Assembly: GCA_963776345.1 (NCBI GenBank)
Contig: CAVZMH010000022.1
Span: forward strand, 384,001 to 448,000
Source of the DNA: an uncultured delta proteobacterium
GTDB taxonomy: Bacteria; Myxococcota; Myxococcia; Myxococcales; Myxococcaceae
Direction: 5' to 3'
Length of the DNA: 64,000 bases
The position numbers were made by a program, and so were the translations under genes. Below are positions 9,848 to 19,246 of the stretch, in pieces. Below the pieces are notes generated by a model that worked only from the letters and a program-made list of their open reading frames with translations, was not told the DNA's origin and searched no databases. The first letter of the stretch is position 1. Every line of letters starts with the position of its first letter.

Positions 9848-11455
9848 GCGCCGCTTCCGGAAGAACGCCCGCAGCGTCCGCATCCGGCGCCGCAGGAGGC
9901 CGGGCAGCTTCCAGGCGCCCCCCAGGCGGTTGCCCTGGAGATCCGCCAGGACGTCCCCCAGCTCGACCAGCGTCTGGTCGTACGGCATCCAGAAGAGCTC
10001 GGGCGCCCGCCGGCGATCGACCACCAGCGTCCGCGGCCGGACGAAGGTGGCCAGGGCGAAGGCGCTGTTGGCGACGCCGAACCCCGTGGCCCGGGTCCCG
10101 GACCAGGGGAGGCTCGGGATCGCGCCGGTGAACGCGTGGTTGTTGATGCTCACCACCCCGTAGTCCAGCCGCTCCGCCAGGCGCTGGCCGCGGTCGAGGT
10201 CGCTGGTCCAGATGGACGCGCCGAGCCCGTAGCGGAGCTGGTTGGCCGCCCGGATGGCCTCCGCCGGCCCGTCCACCCGGATGATGGCCAGCACCGGACC
10301 GAAGGTCTCGTCGCGCACCACCGACATCGTGTCGTTGCAGTGGTCGAGGAGCGTGGGCGCGAACCAGAGCCCCTCGCCGAGCGGGGCGCCGCCCGAGACC
10401 ACCGTCGCCCCGCGCGCCCTGGCGTCCTCGACGTGCTGCTTCACCAGGCGGAACTGGCGCTCGTTGGCCAGCGGCGCGACGTCGGTCGAGGCTCCATGGC
10501 CGGGTCCGACCCGCAGCCGGGTCCACACCTCGCGCATCCGGGCGACGAACGCCTCGGCCACCGGGCGCTCCACGTAGACGATCTCGATCGCCCCGCAGGC
10601 CTGGCCGGCGTTGCTCAGCGCCCAGTGGGTGATCCCGGCGACCGTGCGCTCCAGGTCGCAGTCGGCAAAGACGAGGGCCGGGTCCTTCCCGCCCATCTCC
10701 GCGCTGCAGGGGATGCCCAGCTCGGCGCAACGGACCGAGACCAGGCGTCCGGTCGCCGTCGAGCCGGTGAAGACACAGGCGTCCGGCCTCGCGTCGAGCA
10801 GGGCCGCGCCGACCTCGCCGCCACCGACCGCGACCTGCACCACGCCCGCCGGCAGGCGTCCGGCGAGCAGCTCGGCGAACCAGCTGCTCGAGCGTGGCGA
10901 GTACTCGCTCGGCTTGAGGATGATGCTGTTGCCGGCCATCAGCGCCGGGAAGACCGAGCGGTACAGGCCGGCGGCCGGGTAGTTCCAGGGGGCGATGATG
11001 GCGACGACCCCCCGGGGGACGGCCTCCACGTAGGCCCGTTTCCCCGGGAAACTCAAGGGGTTGAGCCGGACCCTTCGCCGCTCGAGCACGGGGCCGAGCA
11101 CACGGGCCCAGCCCTTCACCGCGTCCAGCGGGCCGAGCGCCTCGTTGAAGAGCGCCTCCGCCTCGACCTTGCCGACCTCCTCGGCGACGAGCGCCATGAG
11201 CTCCTGACGGCGCTGGAGCATCTCGCGCGCGGCCGCCAGCAGGCACGCCACCCGCTCGGACAGGGGGGTATGCCCCCAGGCCTCCTGGGCATCCCGGGCG
11301 CGGGCCATCCGGGCCACGAGCGGCTCCCCGGGCGTGGCCTGGACCGCGGCCACCGCGCGCTGCTCGCGGCCGGGGATGTGCCCGAGCGCCCCCCCGGGCG
11401 CGTGCGTCCCTTCACGGGCCACGGGCTCGGTCAGGGGCGGATCGGACGGCGGCAT
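9830..11455 (-). CDS. Aldehyde dehydrogenase
   Basis: IAPWNYP, LKPSE, FTGSTATG, EMGGKDP, NAGQAC, ETFGPV. Start uncertain (11455 or 11497). Confidence 0.92.
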   Translation of the reverse strand: MPPSDPPLTEPVAREGTHAPGGALGHIPGREQRAVAAVQATPGEPLVARMARARDAQEAWGHTPLSERVACLLAAAREMLQRRQELMALVAEEVGKVEAEALFNEALGPLDAVKGWARVLGPVLERRRVRLNPLSFPGKRAYVEAVPRGVVAIIAPWNYPAAGLYRSVFPALMAGNSIILKPSEYSPRSSSWFAELLAGRLPAGVVQVAVGGGEVGAALLDARPDACVFTGSTATGRLVSVRCAELGIPCSAEMGGKDPALVFADCDLERTVAGITHWALSNAGQACGAIEIVYVERPVAEAFVARMREVWTRLRVGPGHGASTDVAPLANERQFRLVKQHVEDARARGATVVSGGAPLGEGLWFAPTLLDHCNDTMSVVRDETFGPVLAIIRVDGPAEAIRAANQLRYGLGASIWTSDLDRGQRLAERLDYGVVSINNHAFTGAIPSLPWSGTRATGFGVANSAFALATFVRPRTLVVDRRRAPELFWMPYDQTLVELGDVLADLQGNRLGGAWKLPGLLRRRMRTLRAFFRKRRSPELR

Positions 11456-11588
11456 CGAAAGGGAGGGTGGGGCAGGGTAGGGCGACTCTCTTAACACGCT
11501 CCGCGTTGGCCCTAGGGAGTACGCGGGCCAGGCCAGCTTGGCCGTTGCCAGAGGGGTCGTCGGATGTTACGCAGCCCCGCGTCATTTC

Positions 11589-13169
11589 ATGAAAGTTCGT
11601 CGCGGCGGAGCGGTCATCGGCCCGCTGGCCTGGACGGCGGCAAGGGCACGGGTCGGGGCCTGGAACCGCGTCGCCAGCGGTCGTGACCGGCTACGAGAGG
11701 TCCAGATCGGTGCACTGAGGCAGAACTGTCGGGCGGCTGCCCGGACGGAGTTCGGCCGTGCGCACCGGCTCGCCGAGGTCTCCACCCACGCCGAGTTCCA
11801 GGAGCGCGTGCCGCTGCGAACCTATGCCGACTTCGAGCCCTACCTCGAGCGCATGCGCCACGGCGCGCGGGACGTGCTCTGGCCGGGGTTGATCCGGTAC
11901 TTCGGTCAGTCCTCCGGCAGCTCCCAGACGCTCTCCCAGCACAAGTTCCTGCCCATCTCCGATCAGCAGATCCGGTGGCAGCAGAAGGCCGCGTTCGACG
12001 TGGTGGTCCAGTACGTCACGCACGTCGGACACGCCCGGTTCCTGGGGGGCTTCACCCTCGGGCTCTTCCCGCCCTCCACGCTGAAGCCGGACGGCGCGGT
12101 GAACACCACCAACAACCCGGGGTTGATGCAGCGGAACGTGCCCTGGCCGGTCCGGGACGGGGTCCTGCCCAGGGCAGACCTCCGTGACATCCAGGACTAC
12201 GATGAAAAGCTGGAGAGGATGGCGGCGGCCTACCTGGACCACGACGTCCGGGCCCTCTCGGGGACCACCTGCTGGTTCTCGGTGTTCTTCGACAAGCTGC
12301 TCCGGGCCGCCCGGGCGCGTGGGCGCCCGGTGAGCACCGTCTCCGAGCTGTGGCCGAACCTCGAGGTGCTCTTCGGAGGCGGAATCAACGCCGAGCCCTA
12401 CCGGCCGGTGATCGAGAAGCGCGTCGGTCGACCGGTGGTCATCATGGACAACTACAACGCCACCGAGGGCGGCATCTTCGCGGTCACCGATCGCATCGGC
12501 GAGCCGGGGATGCTGGTGGTCCCCGACCGGGGCGTGTTCTTCGAGTTCGTCGCCGCCTCCGAGCACGGCAAGCCCGGCGCGCGCCGGCTGGCCCTCTGGG
12601 AGGTGGAGCCGGGGGTCGACTACTCCATCGCGGTGAGCACCTCCTCGGGCCTCTTCGGCTACCTGATCGGGGACCTGGTGCAGTTCCAGAGCGTCTTCCC
12701 GCACCGGATGGAGTTCGTGGGCCGGACCTCGGGCGTGCTCTCGCTGACCCAGGAGCTGACCTCCTTCGTGGAGATCGAGCGCGCCATGGAGGCCGCCGTC
12801 CGTGCGGCTGGGTGCTCGGTGGTGGAGTTCTCGGCGGGGGCCGAGGTGGGAGTCGGCGGCACCGGCAAGGGCCGCTACCAGCTCTTCGTCGAGTTCGACC
12901 AGCCGCCGGCGGACCCGCACCGCTTCACCACCGCCTTCGACGAGAGCCTCTGCGCACAGAACCGCGTCTACCGGGAGCACCGGGCCGCGGACGTGGCCAT
13001 CCTCCCCCCGGCGCTCTTCGCCCTGCCGCCCGGGGGGGCCCGCCGCTTCATGGAGGACATTGGCCGGAGAAGCCCGCAGCAGAAGTTTCCGAGGGTGGTC
13101 GAGAATTCTAAGCGGGACATCCTCGCAAAATATGCCACATTGATCGAGTTACCCTGGGAGCGTGCATGA
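11589..13169 (+). CDS. GH3-family acyl-acid amido synthetase
   Basis: SSGSS...KFLP, YNATEGG, YLIGD motifs; C-terminal QQKFPRV. Confidence 0.88.
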   Translation: MKVRRGGAVIGPLAWTAARARVGAWNRVASGRDRLREVQIGALRQNCRAAARTEFGRAHRLAEVSTHAEFQERVPLRTYADFEPYLERMRHGARDVLWPGLIRYFGQSSGSSQTLSQHKFLPISDQQIRWQQKAAFDVVVQYVTHVGHARFLGGFTLGLFPPSTLKPDGAVNTTNNPGLMQRNVPWPVRDGVLPRADLRDIQDYDEKLERMAAAYLDHDVRALSGTTCWFSVFFDKLLRAARARGRPVSTVSELWPNLEVLFGGGINAEPYRPVIEKRVGRPVVIMDNYNATEGGIFAVTDRIGEPGMLVVPDRGVFFEFVAASEHGKPGARRLALWEVEPGVDYSIAVSTSSGLFGYLIGDLVQFQSVFPHRMEFVGRTSGVLSLTQELTSFVEIERAMEAAVRAAGCSVVEFSAGAEVGVGGTGKGRYQLFVEFDQPPADPHRFTTAFDESLCAQNRVYREHRAADVAILPPALFALPPGGARRFMEDIGRRSPQQKFPRVVENSKRDILAKYATLIELPWERA

Positions 13170-14366
13170 GCCGGTTGGGAGTCTGCTTCGTCGGCGCGGG
13201 TGGAGCCGTGGCCAGCACGGTGATCGCGGGCGTCGCCCTGATGAAGCGAGGGCTCGCTCCACGCATCGGGATGGTGACCGAAACCGGGTTGCCCCAGACT
13301 CTCGGTTGCGCGCCGCTCGATAGCCTGGTGTTCGGCGGCTGGGACCTCCGGGACACGAACATCTTCGAGGCCGCGCTCCGCGAGCGCATCGTCCCCGCGG
13401 AGCTGCTGCGGAAGGTCGAGCCGGAGCTGCGGGCGATCAAGCCGTGGCCCGGCGTGGTCTCCCCGAAGTTCCTGGGGACCGCCGATGCGAGCCACGTGGT
13501 CCCCGCCGCCAGCCACCGGGAGGAGCTGGAGATCCTCACCCGCAACGTGAAGGACTTCAAGGCGGCCAACAAGCTCGACCGGCTGATCATCGTGAACCTC
13601 GGCTCGACCGAGCGGCACGCCGAGGTCTCCGACGTGCACCGCACCGTCGCGGCCTTCGAGGCCGGCCTGCAGCGCAGCGACGAACGCATCAGCCCGGCGA
13701 TGAAGTACCTGTACCTCGCCTGCAAGCTGGGAGCGGCCCACGTCAACTTCACCCCCAGCCTGACCAAGGTCCCGGCGCTGGAGGCCCTGGCGGAGAGCTC
13801 GGGCATCCCCATCACCGGTGAGGACGGGAAGACGGGCCAGACGCTCCTCAAGACCGCGCTCGCTCCGGCGTTCGCCGTCCGGCAGCTCAAGGTCGAGGGG
13901 TGGTTCTCCACCAACATCCTGGGCAACAACGACGGCCGGGTGCTCGACGATCCGGAGAGCAACAAGACCAAGGTCGCGAGCAAGCTCTCGGTGCTGGACG
14001 AGATCCTCGGCTACGAGGTGTCCGACCACCAGGTGCACATCAACTACTACCGCCCGCGCGGGGACGAGAAGGAGGCCTGGGACAACATCGACGTGCTGGG
14101 CTTCCTCGGCGAGCGGATGCAGATCAAGAGTCAACTTCCTCTGCAAGGACTCGATCCTCGCCGCCCCGCTGGTGGTCGATCTGGTACGCCTGATGGACGT
14201 CGCCCAGCGCTGCGGGGAGCGCGGCATCCAGCGTCAGTTCTCGCTCTTCTTCAAGGCGCCCTACCACCGGGAGGGCGAGCGCGCGGTGAACGACCTGTTC
14301 AAGCAGAACACCCTCCTCCACGAGTGGGTGGAGAAGGTCGTCCGCCGCGTTCGCGCTGCGGTCTAG
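13166..14366 (+). CDS. ino1: Myo-inositol-1-phosphate synthase, +1 frameshift at about 14129
   Basis: VFGGWD, VNLGSTE, GEDGKTGQT, WFSTNILGNNDG, KEAWDNID. The C-terminus VNFLCKDSILAAPLVVDL lies in the next frame. Confidence 0.9.
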
Positions 14367-14367
14367 C

Positions 14368-15678
14368 GTGCGGTCGCTGGCGATCCACGGCGGCAGCCCG
14401 GCCGTCCCGGCGGGCGCCCACGTCCGCTGGCCGGTGCTCGGGGACGAGGAGCGAACGGCGCTGCTGGGCGTGCTGGAGCGCGGCGTCCTCTCCGGGCAGC
14501 TCGCTCCCGAGGTCCGGGGGCTGGAACGGGAGTTCGCCGCCTTCGTCGGATCGCGCCACTGCCTCGCCACCAACAGCGGCACCTCGGCGCTCCACCTCGC
14601 CCTGATCGGGGCGGGGGTGAAGCCCGGCGACGAGGTCATCGTCCCGGCGTTCACCTTCGTGGCGACGGCGATGGCCGTGCTGCACCAGGGTGCGGTTCCG
14701 GTGTTCGTGGACGTCGAGCCGAATACTTTTGGTCTGGACCCCGCGCGGCTGGAGGCGGCCATCACCCCGCGCACCCGGGCGGTGGTCCCGGTCCACCTCC
14801 ACGGGGTGCCCTGCGAGCTGCAGGCGGTGGTGGACATCGCCGCGCGCCACGGGCTCGTCGTGGTCGAGGACTCCGCCCAGGCGATCGGCGCCCGGTACCG
14901 GGGACGGGCCGCCGGAACGATCGGCCAGTCCGGGTGCTTCAGCCTCCAGTCCTCGAAGAGCGTGACCTGTGGCGAGGGCGGCCTGCTGGTCACCGACGAC
15001 GAGGCCGTCTACCGGCGGGCCCACAGCGCCCGCATGTTCGGCGAGGACAGCCGCCCCGAGGACGAGGCCAGCTACGACCTCACCCACGCCCTCGACGGGA
15101 ACCGCGCCTACGACTCGGCGGCGGTGGGATGGAACTACCGCACCGGCGAGCTGTCGGCGGCGGTGGCCCGGGCGCAGCTCCGCCGCCTGCCGCAGTGGAA
15201 CGCCGGCGCGCTGGAGAACGCCCGGCTCCTGACCCGGCGACTGCGCGAGCTGCCCGGCGTGACCCCGCCCATGGTTCCGGAGGACCGCGAGCCGGCCTTC
15301 CACAAGTACCGCGTGCAGCTCGACGCGACGAAGCTCGGCCTGGACGCGCCGCCGGTGGCGGTGCGTGACGCCATGCTCCGCGCGCTCCGCGCCGAGGGCT
15401 GCGAGGTGGTGCTGTGGCAGAGCCGGCCCGTCCCCGGGCAGACGCTGTTCCAGCGCATGGAGGCGGAGGCCGCCGCTCGCCCGGCGCAGGGCCGCGTCAG
15501 CTACGACCTCGCGCAGTACCCCCAGACCCGGGCGATCCTCGACCGTTCGCTCTGCCTCTTCTCGCAGACCTACCCCATCGCGCCGCAGCCGCGGGCGCTG
15601 GTGGAGGTGTACGCCGAGGCCTTCGCCCAGGTGTGGCTGCGGCTGCCCGAGGTGCTCTCGACGTCGAGGGCCGGATGA
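14368..15678 (+). CDS. DegT/DnrJ/EryC1/StrS PLP aminotransferase
   Basis: NSGTSALH, VPAFTFVAT, EDSAQA, FSLQSSKSVTCGEGG, GWNYR. Confidence 0.93.
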   Translation: MRSLAIHGGSPAVPAGAHVRWPVLGDEERTALLGVLERGVLSGQLAPEVRGLEREFAAFVGSRHCLATNSGTSALHLALIGAGVKPGDEVIVPAFTFVATAMAVLHQGAVPVFVDVEPNTFGLDPARLEAAITPRTRAVVPVHLHGVPCELQAVVDIAARHGLVVVEDSAQAIGARYRGRAAGTIGQSGCFSLQSSKSVTCGEGGLLVTDDEAVYRRAHSARMFGEDSRPEDEASYDLTHALDGNRAYDSAAVGWNYRTGELSAAVARAQLRRLPQWNAGALENARLLTRRLRELPGVTPPMVPEDREPAFHKYRVQLDATKLGLDAPPVAVRDAMLRALRAEGCEVVLWQSRPVPGQTLFQRMEAEAAARPAQGRVSYDLAQYPQTRAILDRSLCLFSQTYPIAPQPRALVEVYAEAFAQVWLRLPEVLSTSRAG

Positions 15679-16667
15679 ACCTCCGCGGACCGGGGTTCTT
15701 CGGACGGCCGCTCGTCCGGCTCGCCTGCGCCGTCGCCGGCACCGCCGTGCTCGCCCTCTCGGTGTGGGCCGCCGGCGCCCAGGAGGTGCTCCAGCGCCTC
15801 GGGGCGAGCGCCCACGCCCTGCCGATGCTCGCCGCGCTCGAGGCCGCGATGGTGGCCTGCAGCACGCTCGCCCTGCGAGCCCTCTACGGCGCGAGCGCGG
15901 CGCAGGTCTCCGCCCGTCAGTGGTTGCGGGTGGGCGCGGCCGGCTATGCCGTCGGCCTCGTGCTGCCGATGGGCCGGGGCTCGGGCGAGGCCGCCCGTGC
16001 GCTTCTCCTCAGCCGGAGCGCCGGCGGAGCACGGGCGGCGGTCGCCGCAGTGCAGATGCAGGGCGTGGTGCTCCTGTCCACCGCGGCGTTCGTGGTGCCG
16101 CTGCTCGTCGCCACGCTGGCGCTGCTCGGGCCGGGCGCGACCGCGGGGCTCGTCCTGGCCAACGGCGTGGTGGCGGGCGTGCTCGGGGCGAGCATCCTCC
16201 TCCTCCGCCAGCGCGCCAGCCCGGGGCGGTTCCTCGGGGGGCTGAGCAAGCGCCTCCACCGCTTCGGCGCCGCCTTCGACGACGCCGCCGGCGCGTCCAG
16301 GGCCGACCTCCTCCGGTCGCTGGCCTGGGAGACCGCCGGCCGGGTGGCGCAAGCGGTCCAGTGCGGCGTCGCCCTGGCCGCCATCGGCCACCCCTCCGGC
16401 CTCGTCCGGGTGCTGGTCACCCGCGGAATGCTGATGGTGGGAAGCGCGCTGGGGGACCTCATCCCCGGACAGCTCGGCGCCACCGAGGCCACGCTGGTGG
16501 TGGGCGCCGAGGCCCTGGCGCTGACGGCGGCGAGCGCCGCCTCGCTCGCCCTGCTCATCCACGGGGCGCAGATCCTCCTCGGCCTCCTGTGCACCGCGGT
16601 GGCCTCCGCTCTCCCCGGTCTCGCCCCGACCGCGGCCGCCGCGGATTCACGCGTCGAATGGCGCTGA
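15675..16667 (+). CDS. Lysylphosphatidylglycerol-synthase TM (flippase-like) membrane protein
   Basis: Multiple TM segments, LPMGRGSGEAAR, IPGQLGATEA; ATGA overlap with the aminotransferase stop. Confidence 0.7.
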   Translation: MNLRGPGFFGRPLVRLACAVAGTAVLALSVWAAGAQEVLQRLGASAHALPMLAALEAAMVACSTLALRALYGASAAQVSARQWLRVGAAGYAVGLVLPMGRGSGEAARALLLSRSAGGARAAVAAVQMQGVVLLSTAAFVVPLLVATLALLGPGATAGLVLANGVVAGVLGASILLLRQRASPGRFLGGLSKRLHRFGAAFDDAAGASRADLLRSLAWETAGRVAQAVQCGVALAAIGHPSGLVRVLVTRGMLMVGSALGDLIPGQLGATEATLVVGAEALALTAASAASLALLIHGAQILLGLLCTAVASALPGLAPTAAAADSRVEWR

Positions 16668-17575
16668 TCCCCCGCATCGTCGTAGGCACCTCGCGCCTGG
16701 GCAGCATCCTCCCCGATGGGCTCGCCCCGGGGTCCAGCCGGGAGAAGGAGCTCCGGTACCTGGACGCGCTGGTGGAGGCGGGGTGCACGGCCTTCGACCT
16801 CGCGGCCTCGTACCAGCTCGGCGGGACCGAACGTCTCCTCGGACGCTGGATGGCCTCGCGCCGCCTCCGGGAGCGGCTCTTCCTGGTCGGAAAGGGCGGC
16901 CACCCCTACCCGGGCATCCGTCCCAACCGGCTCGGCGCGACGGCGCTCTCCCGGGACCTCGAGGCCAGCCTGCGCCGGCTCCGGGTCGAGCGGCTGGACC
17001 TCTACCTCCTCCATCGAGACTCCCCCGGTGCGCCGCTCGAGCCCATCGTCGAGACGCTCGGCGCCGCCCTCCGCTCGGGGAAGATCCAGGCCTGGGGCGT
17101 GTCGAACTGGAGCATCCCCCGCATCCAGGCCCTCGAGGCGGCGGCGCGGCAGGGGGGGCTTCCGCCGATGGCCGCCACGAGCCCCCACTACTCGCTCGTC
17201 GACTGGGTGCGCCCGCCCTGGACCGGCTCGGTGAGCATCGCCGGGCCTGCGAACCGCGAGGCGCGGGCGTTCCACCAGCGCACGCAGCTTCACGTGCTGG
17301 CGTGGGCTCCGCTCGGCTCTGGGTTCCTGACCTCCGAGCGGGTCCGGGGAGGCAGTTACGGCAGTCCCGGGAACGTCGCCCGGAGGGAACGGGCGCGGGC
17401 GCTGGCCAGGGAGCGTGGCTGCACCCCGGCGCAGGTTGCCCTGGCCTACCTCTTCAGCCAGCCCTTCCCCGTGTCCGCGGTGGTCGCCGCCAGCACCGTG
17501 GAGAAGATGCGCCGGAACCTCGAGGCGGGCACGATGCGGCTGTCCGCGGACGAGGTCCAGGCGCTCGAGGGGTAG
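16658..17575 (+). CDS. Aldo/keto reductase
   Basis: FDLAASY, SLRRLRVERLDLYLLH, GKIQAWGVSNW, WAPLGSG, TPAQVALAY. Confidence 0.9.
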   Translation: MALIPRIVVGTSRLGSILPDGLAPGSSREKELRYLDALVEAGCTAFDLAASYQLGGTERLLGRWMASRRLRERLFLVGKGGHPYPGIRPNRLGATALSRDLEASLRRLRVERLDLYLLHRDSPGAPLEPIVETLGAALRSGKIQAWGVSNWSIPRIQALEAAARQGGLPPMAATSPHYSLVDWVRPPWTGSVSIAGPANREARAFHQRTQLHVLAWAPLGSGFLTSERVRGGSYGSPGNVARRERARALARERGCTPAQVALAYLFSQPFPVSAVVAASTVEKMRRNLEAGTMRLSADEVQALEG

Positions 17576-17584
17576 ACAGGATCG

Positions 17585-19246
17585 ATGGAGGTCATCGAGA
17601 GAGCCGAGGGGTGGGATGCGATCGTCGTGGGCTCGGGCGCCACGGGCGGGGTCGCCGCGCTGAAGCTCACCCGGGCGGGCCTGCGCGTCCTGGTGCTCGA
17701 GGCCGGCGCGCCGGTCGTGCGCCGGCGGGACCACGGCTCGTTCCTGACCAATGGCTGCAAGCAGCTCTACCGGCACCTGGTCTCGCACCGCCAGGAGGTC
17801 CAGAAGAGCCACCCCACCTACTGGGCGACCAACCCCGACTTCTTCGTCGACGACGTGGACAACCCTTACACCACGCCGCCCGACAAGCCGTTCCGGTGGA
17901 TACGCTCGCGGCGGGTGGGGGGGCGCTCGCTGGTCTGGGACGCGGTGACGCCGCGCTTCTCCGACTTCGACTTCAAGGCGGCGAGCCGGGATGGCTTCGG
18001 GCCGGACTGGCCCATCACCCACGCCGACCTCGCTCCCCACTACTCGGAGCTGGAGCGCCTGCTCGGGGTCCACGGCTCGCGGGAGGGGCTGCCGCAGCTC
18101 CCCGACGGCGAGTTCCGCGAAGCGCGGCCGATGACGCCCGCGGAGCGCCTCTTCAAGGAGCGCGTGGAGCGGGTGTTCCCCGAGCGCCGGGTCATCATCT
18201 CCCGGGGCCTGTTCGCCCGGAGGCCTCCCGAGCGGGGCGAGACGCTCTCGCGCATCTCCAGCCCCGCGACGACGCTCCGCGCCGCCGGGGAGACCGGCCG
18301 GTTGACCCTGCGGAGCGGGGCGGTCGTCGCCCACGTCCTCGTCGACCGTGACGGCACGCGCGCCACGGGGGTGGAGTTCGTGGACACGGCGACCGGTCGG
18401 ACCGAGGAGGCGCGGGCCAGGCTGGTGTTCCTCTGCGCGTCCACGCTGGAGAGCGTGCGCATCCTCATGAACTCCAGAAGTGCCGCGCACCCCGAGGGGA
18501 TCGGCGCGTCCTCCGGAGTGCTCGGGCGCTACGTGATGGACCACAGCGCCGGCAACGTCTACTTCTACCTGCCGGACGTCCCGGACACCGGCGGGCCCTA
18601 CGAGCTGCTGGGCAGCGACAGCATCATGATCCCCCGCTACCAGAACCTCGGGTCGACGCGGGAGCCGTACCTGCGCGGCTTCGGCCTGTGGGGAGGCATC
18701 CAGCGGCTGCCGGTGCCCAACTTCCTCCGGCGGCACAGGGACGTGGCCTTCGGATTCCTCTGCGCGCGCTCGGAGACGTTGCCCCACCGCGACAACCGCA
18801 TGGAGATCGACCCCACGCTGAAGGACGCCTGGGGCATCCCCGCGGCGCACATCGTCTGCGAGTGGAAGGACGAGGACCTGGTCCTGGCCCGCGCGGCCCG
18901 GGCCGCGGCGAGGGAGATCGTCGAGGCCGGCGGTGGGCGGTGCGCCGAGGTGACCGAGCTCTTCCACACCCCGTTCGTCACCGGCCACATCCAGAAGATG
19001 CAGAAGGAGTGGACGCTCTCCACGCCGGGGATGTTCGTCCACGAGGTCGGGGGCGCGCGCATGGGCACCGACGCGAGGAGCTCGGTGCTCGACCCGACCT
19101 GCCGCTCCTGGGACGTCGGGAACCTCTACCTCACCGACGGCGCCTGCTGGCCCACGTCCGGGTGGCAGAACCCCACGCTCACCGAGATGGCCGTCACCGC
19201 GCGCGCCTGTGACCACGCGGTCGCCACGCTCCGGGGTGATGGCTGA
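17585..19246 (+). CDS. GMC oxidoreductase (sugar/glycoside dehydrogenase-like)
   Basis: AIVVGSGATGG, VGGRSLVW, DWPITHADLAPHY, HEVGGARMG, QNPTLT. Confidence 0.9.
   Translation: MEVIERAEGWDAIVVGSGATGGVAALKLTRAGLRVLVLEAGAPVVRRRDHGSFLTNGCKQLYRHLVSHRQEVQKSHPTYWATNPDFFVDDVDNPYTTPPDKPFRWIRSRRVGGRSLVWDAVTPRFSDFDFKAASRDGFGPDWPITHADLAPHYSELERLLGVHGSREGLPQLPDGEFREARPMTPAERLFKERVERVFPERRVIISRGLFARRPPERGETLSRISSPATTLRAAGETGRLTLRSGAVVAHVLVDRDGTRATGVEFVDTATGRTEEARARLVFLCASTLESVRILMNSRSAAHPEGIGASSGVLGRYVMDHSAGNVYFYLPDVPDTGGPYELLGSDSIMIPRYQNLGSTREPYLRGFGLWGGIQRLPVPNFLRRHRDVAFGFLCARSETLPHRDNRMEIDPTLKDAWGIPAAHIVCEWKDEDLVLARAARAAAREIVEAGGGRCAEVTELFHTPFVTGHIQKMQKEWTLSTPGMFVHEVGGARMGTDARSSVLDPTCRSWDVGNLYLTDGACWPTSGWQNPTLTEMAVTARACDHAVATLRGDG

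Noticed and set aside
15365..16657. Long N-terminal extension on the aldo/keto reductase (736-aa ORF)
   Set aside because: Arg/Pro-rich off-frame read of neighbouring genes; the AKR begins at ATG 16658.
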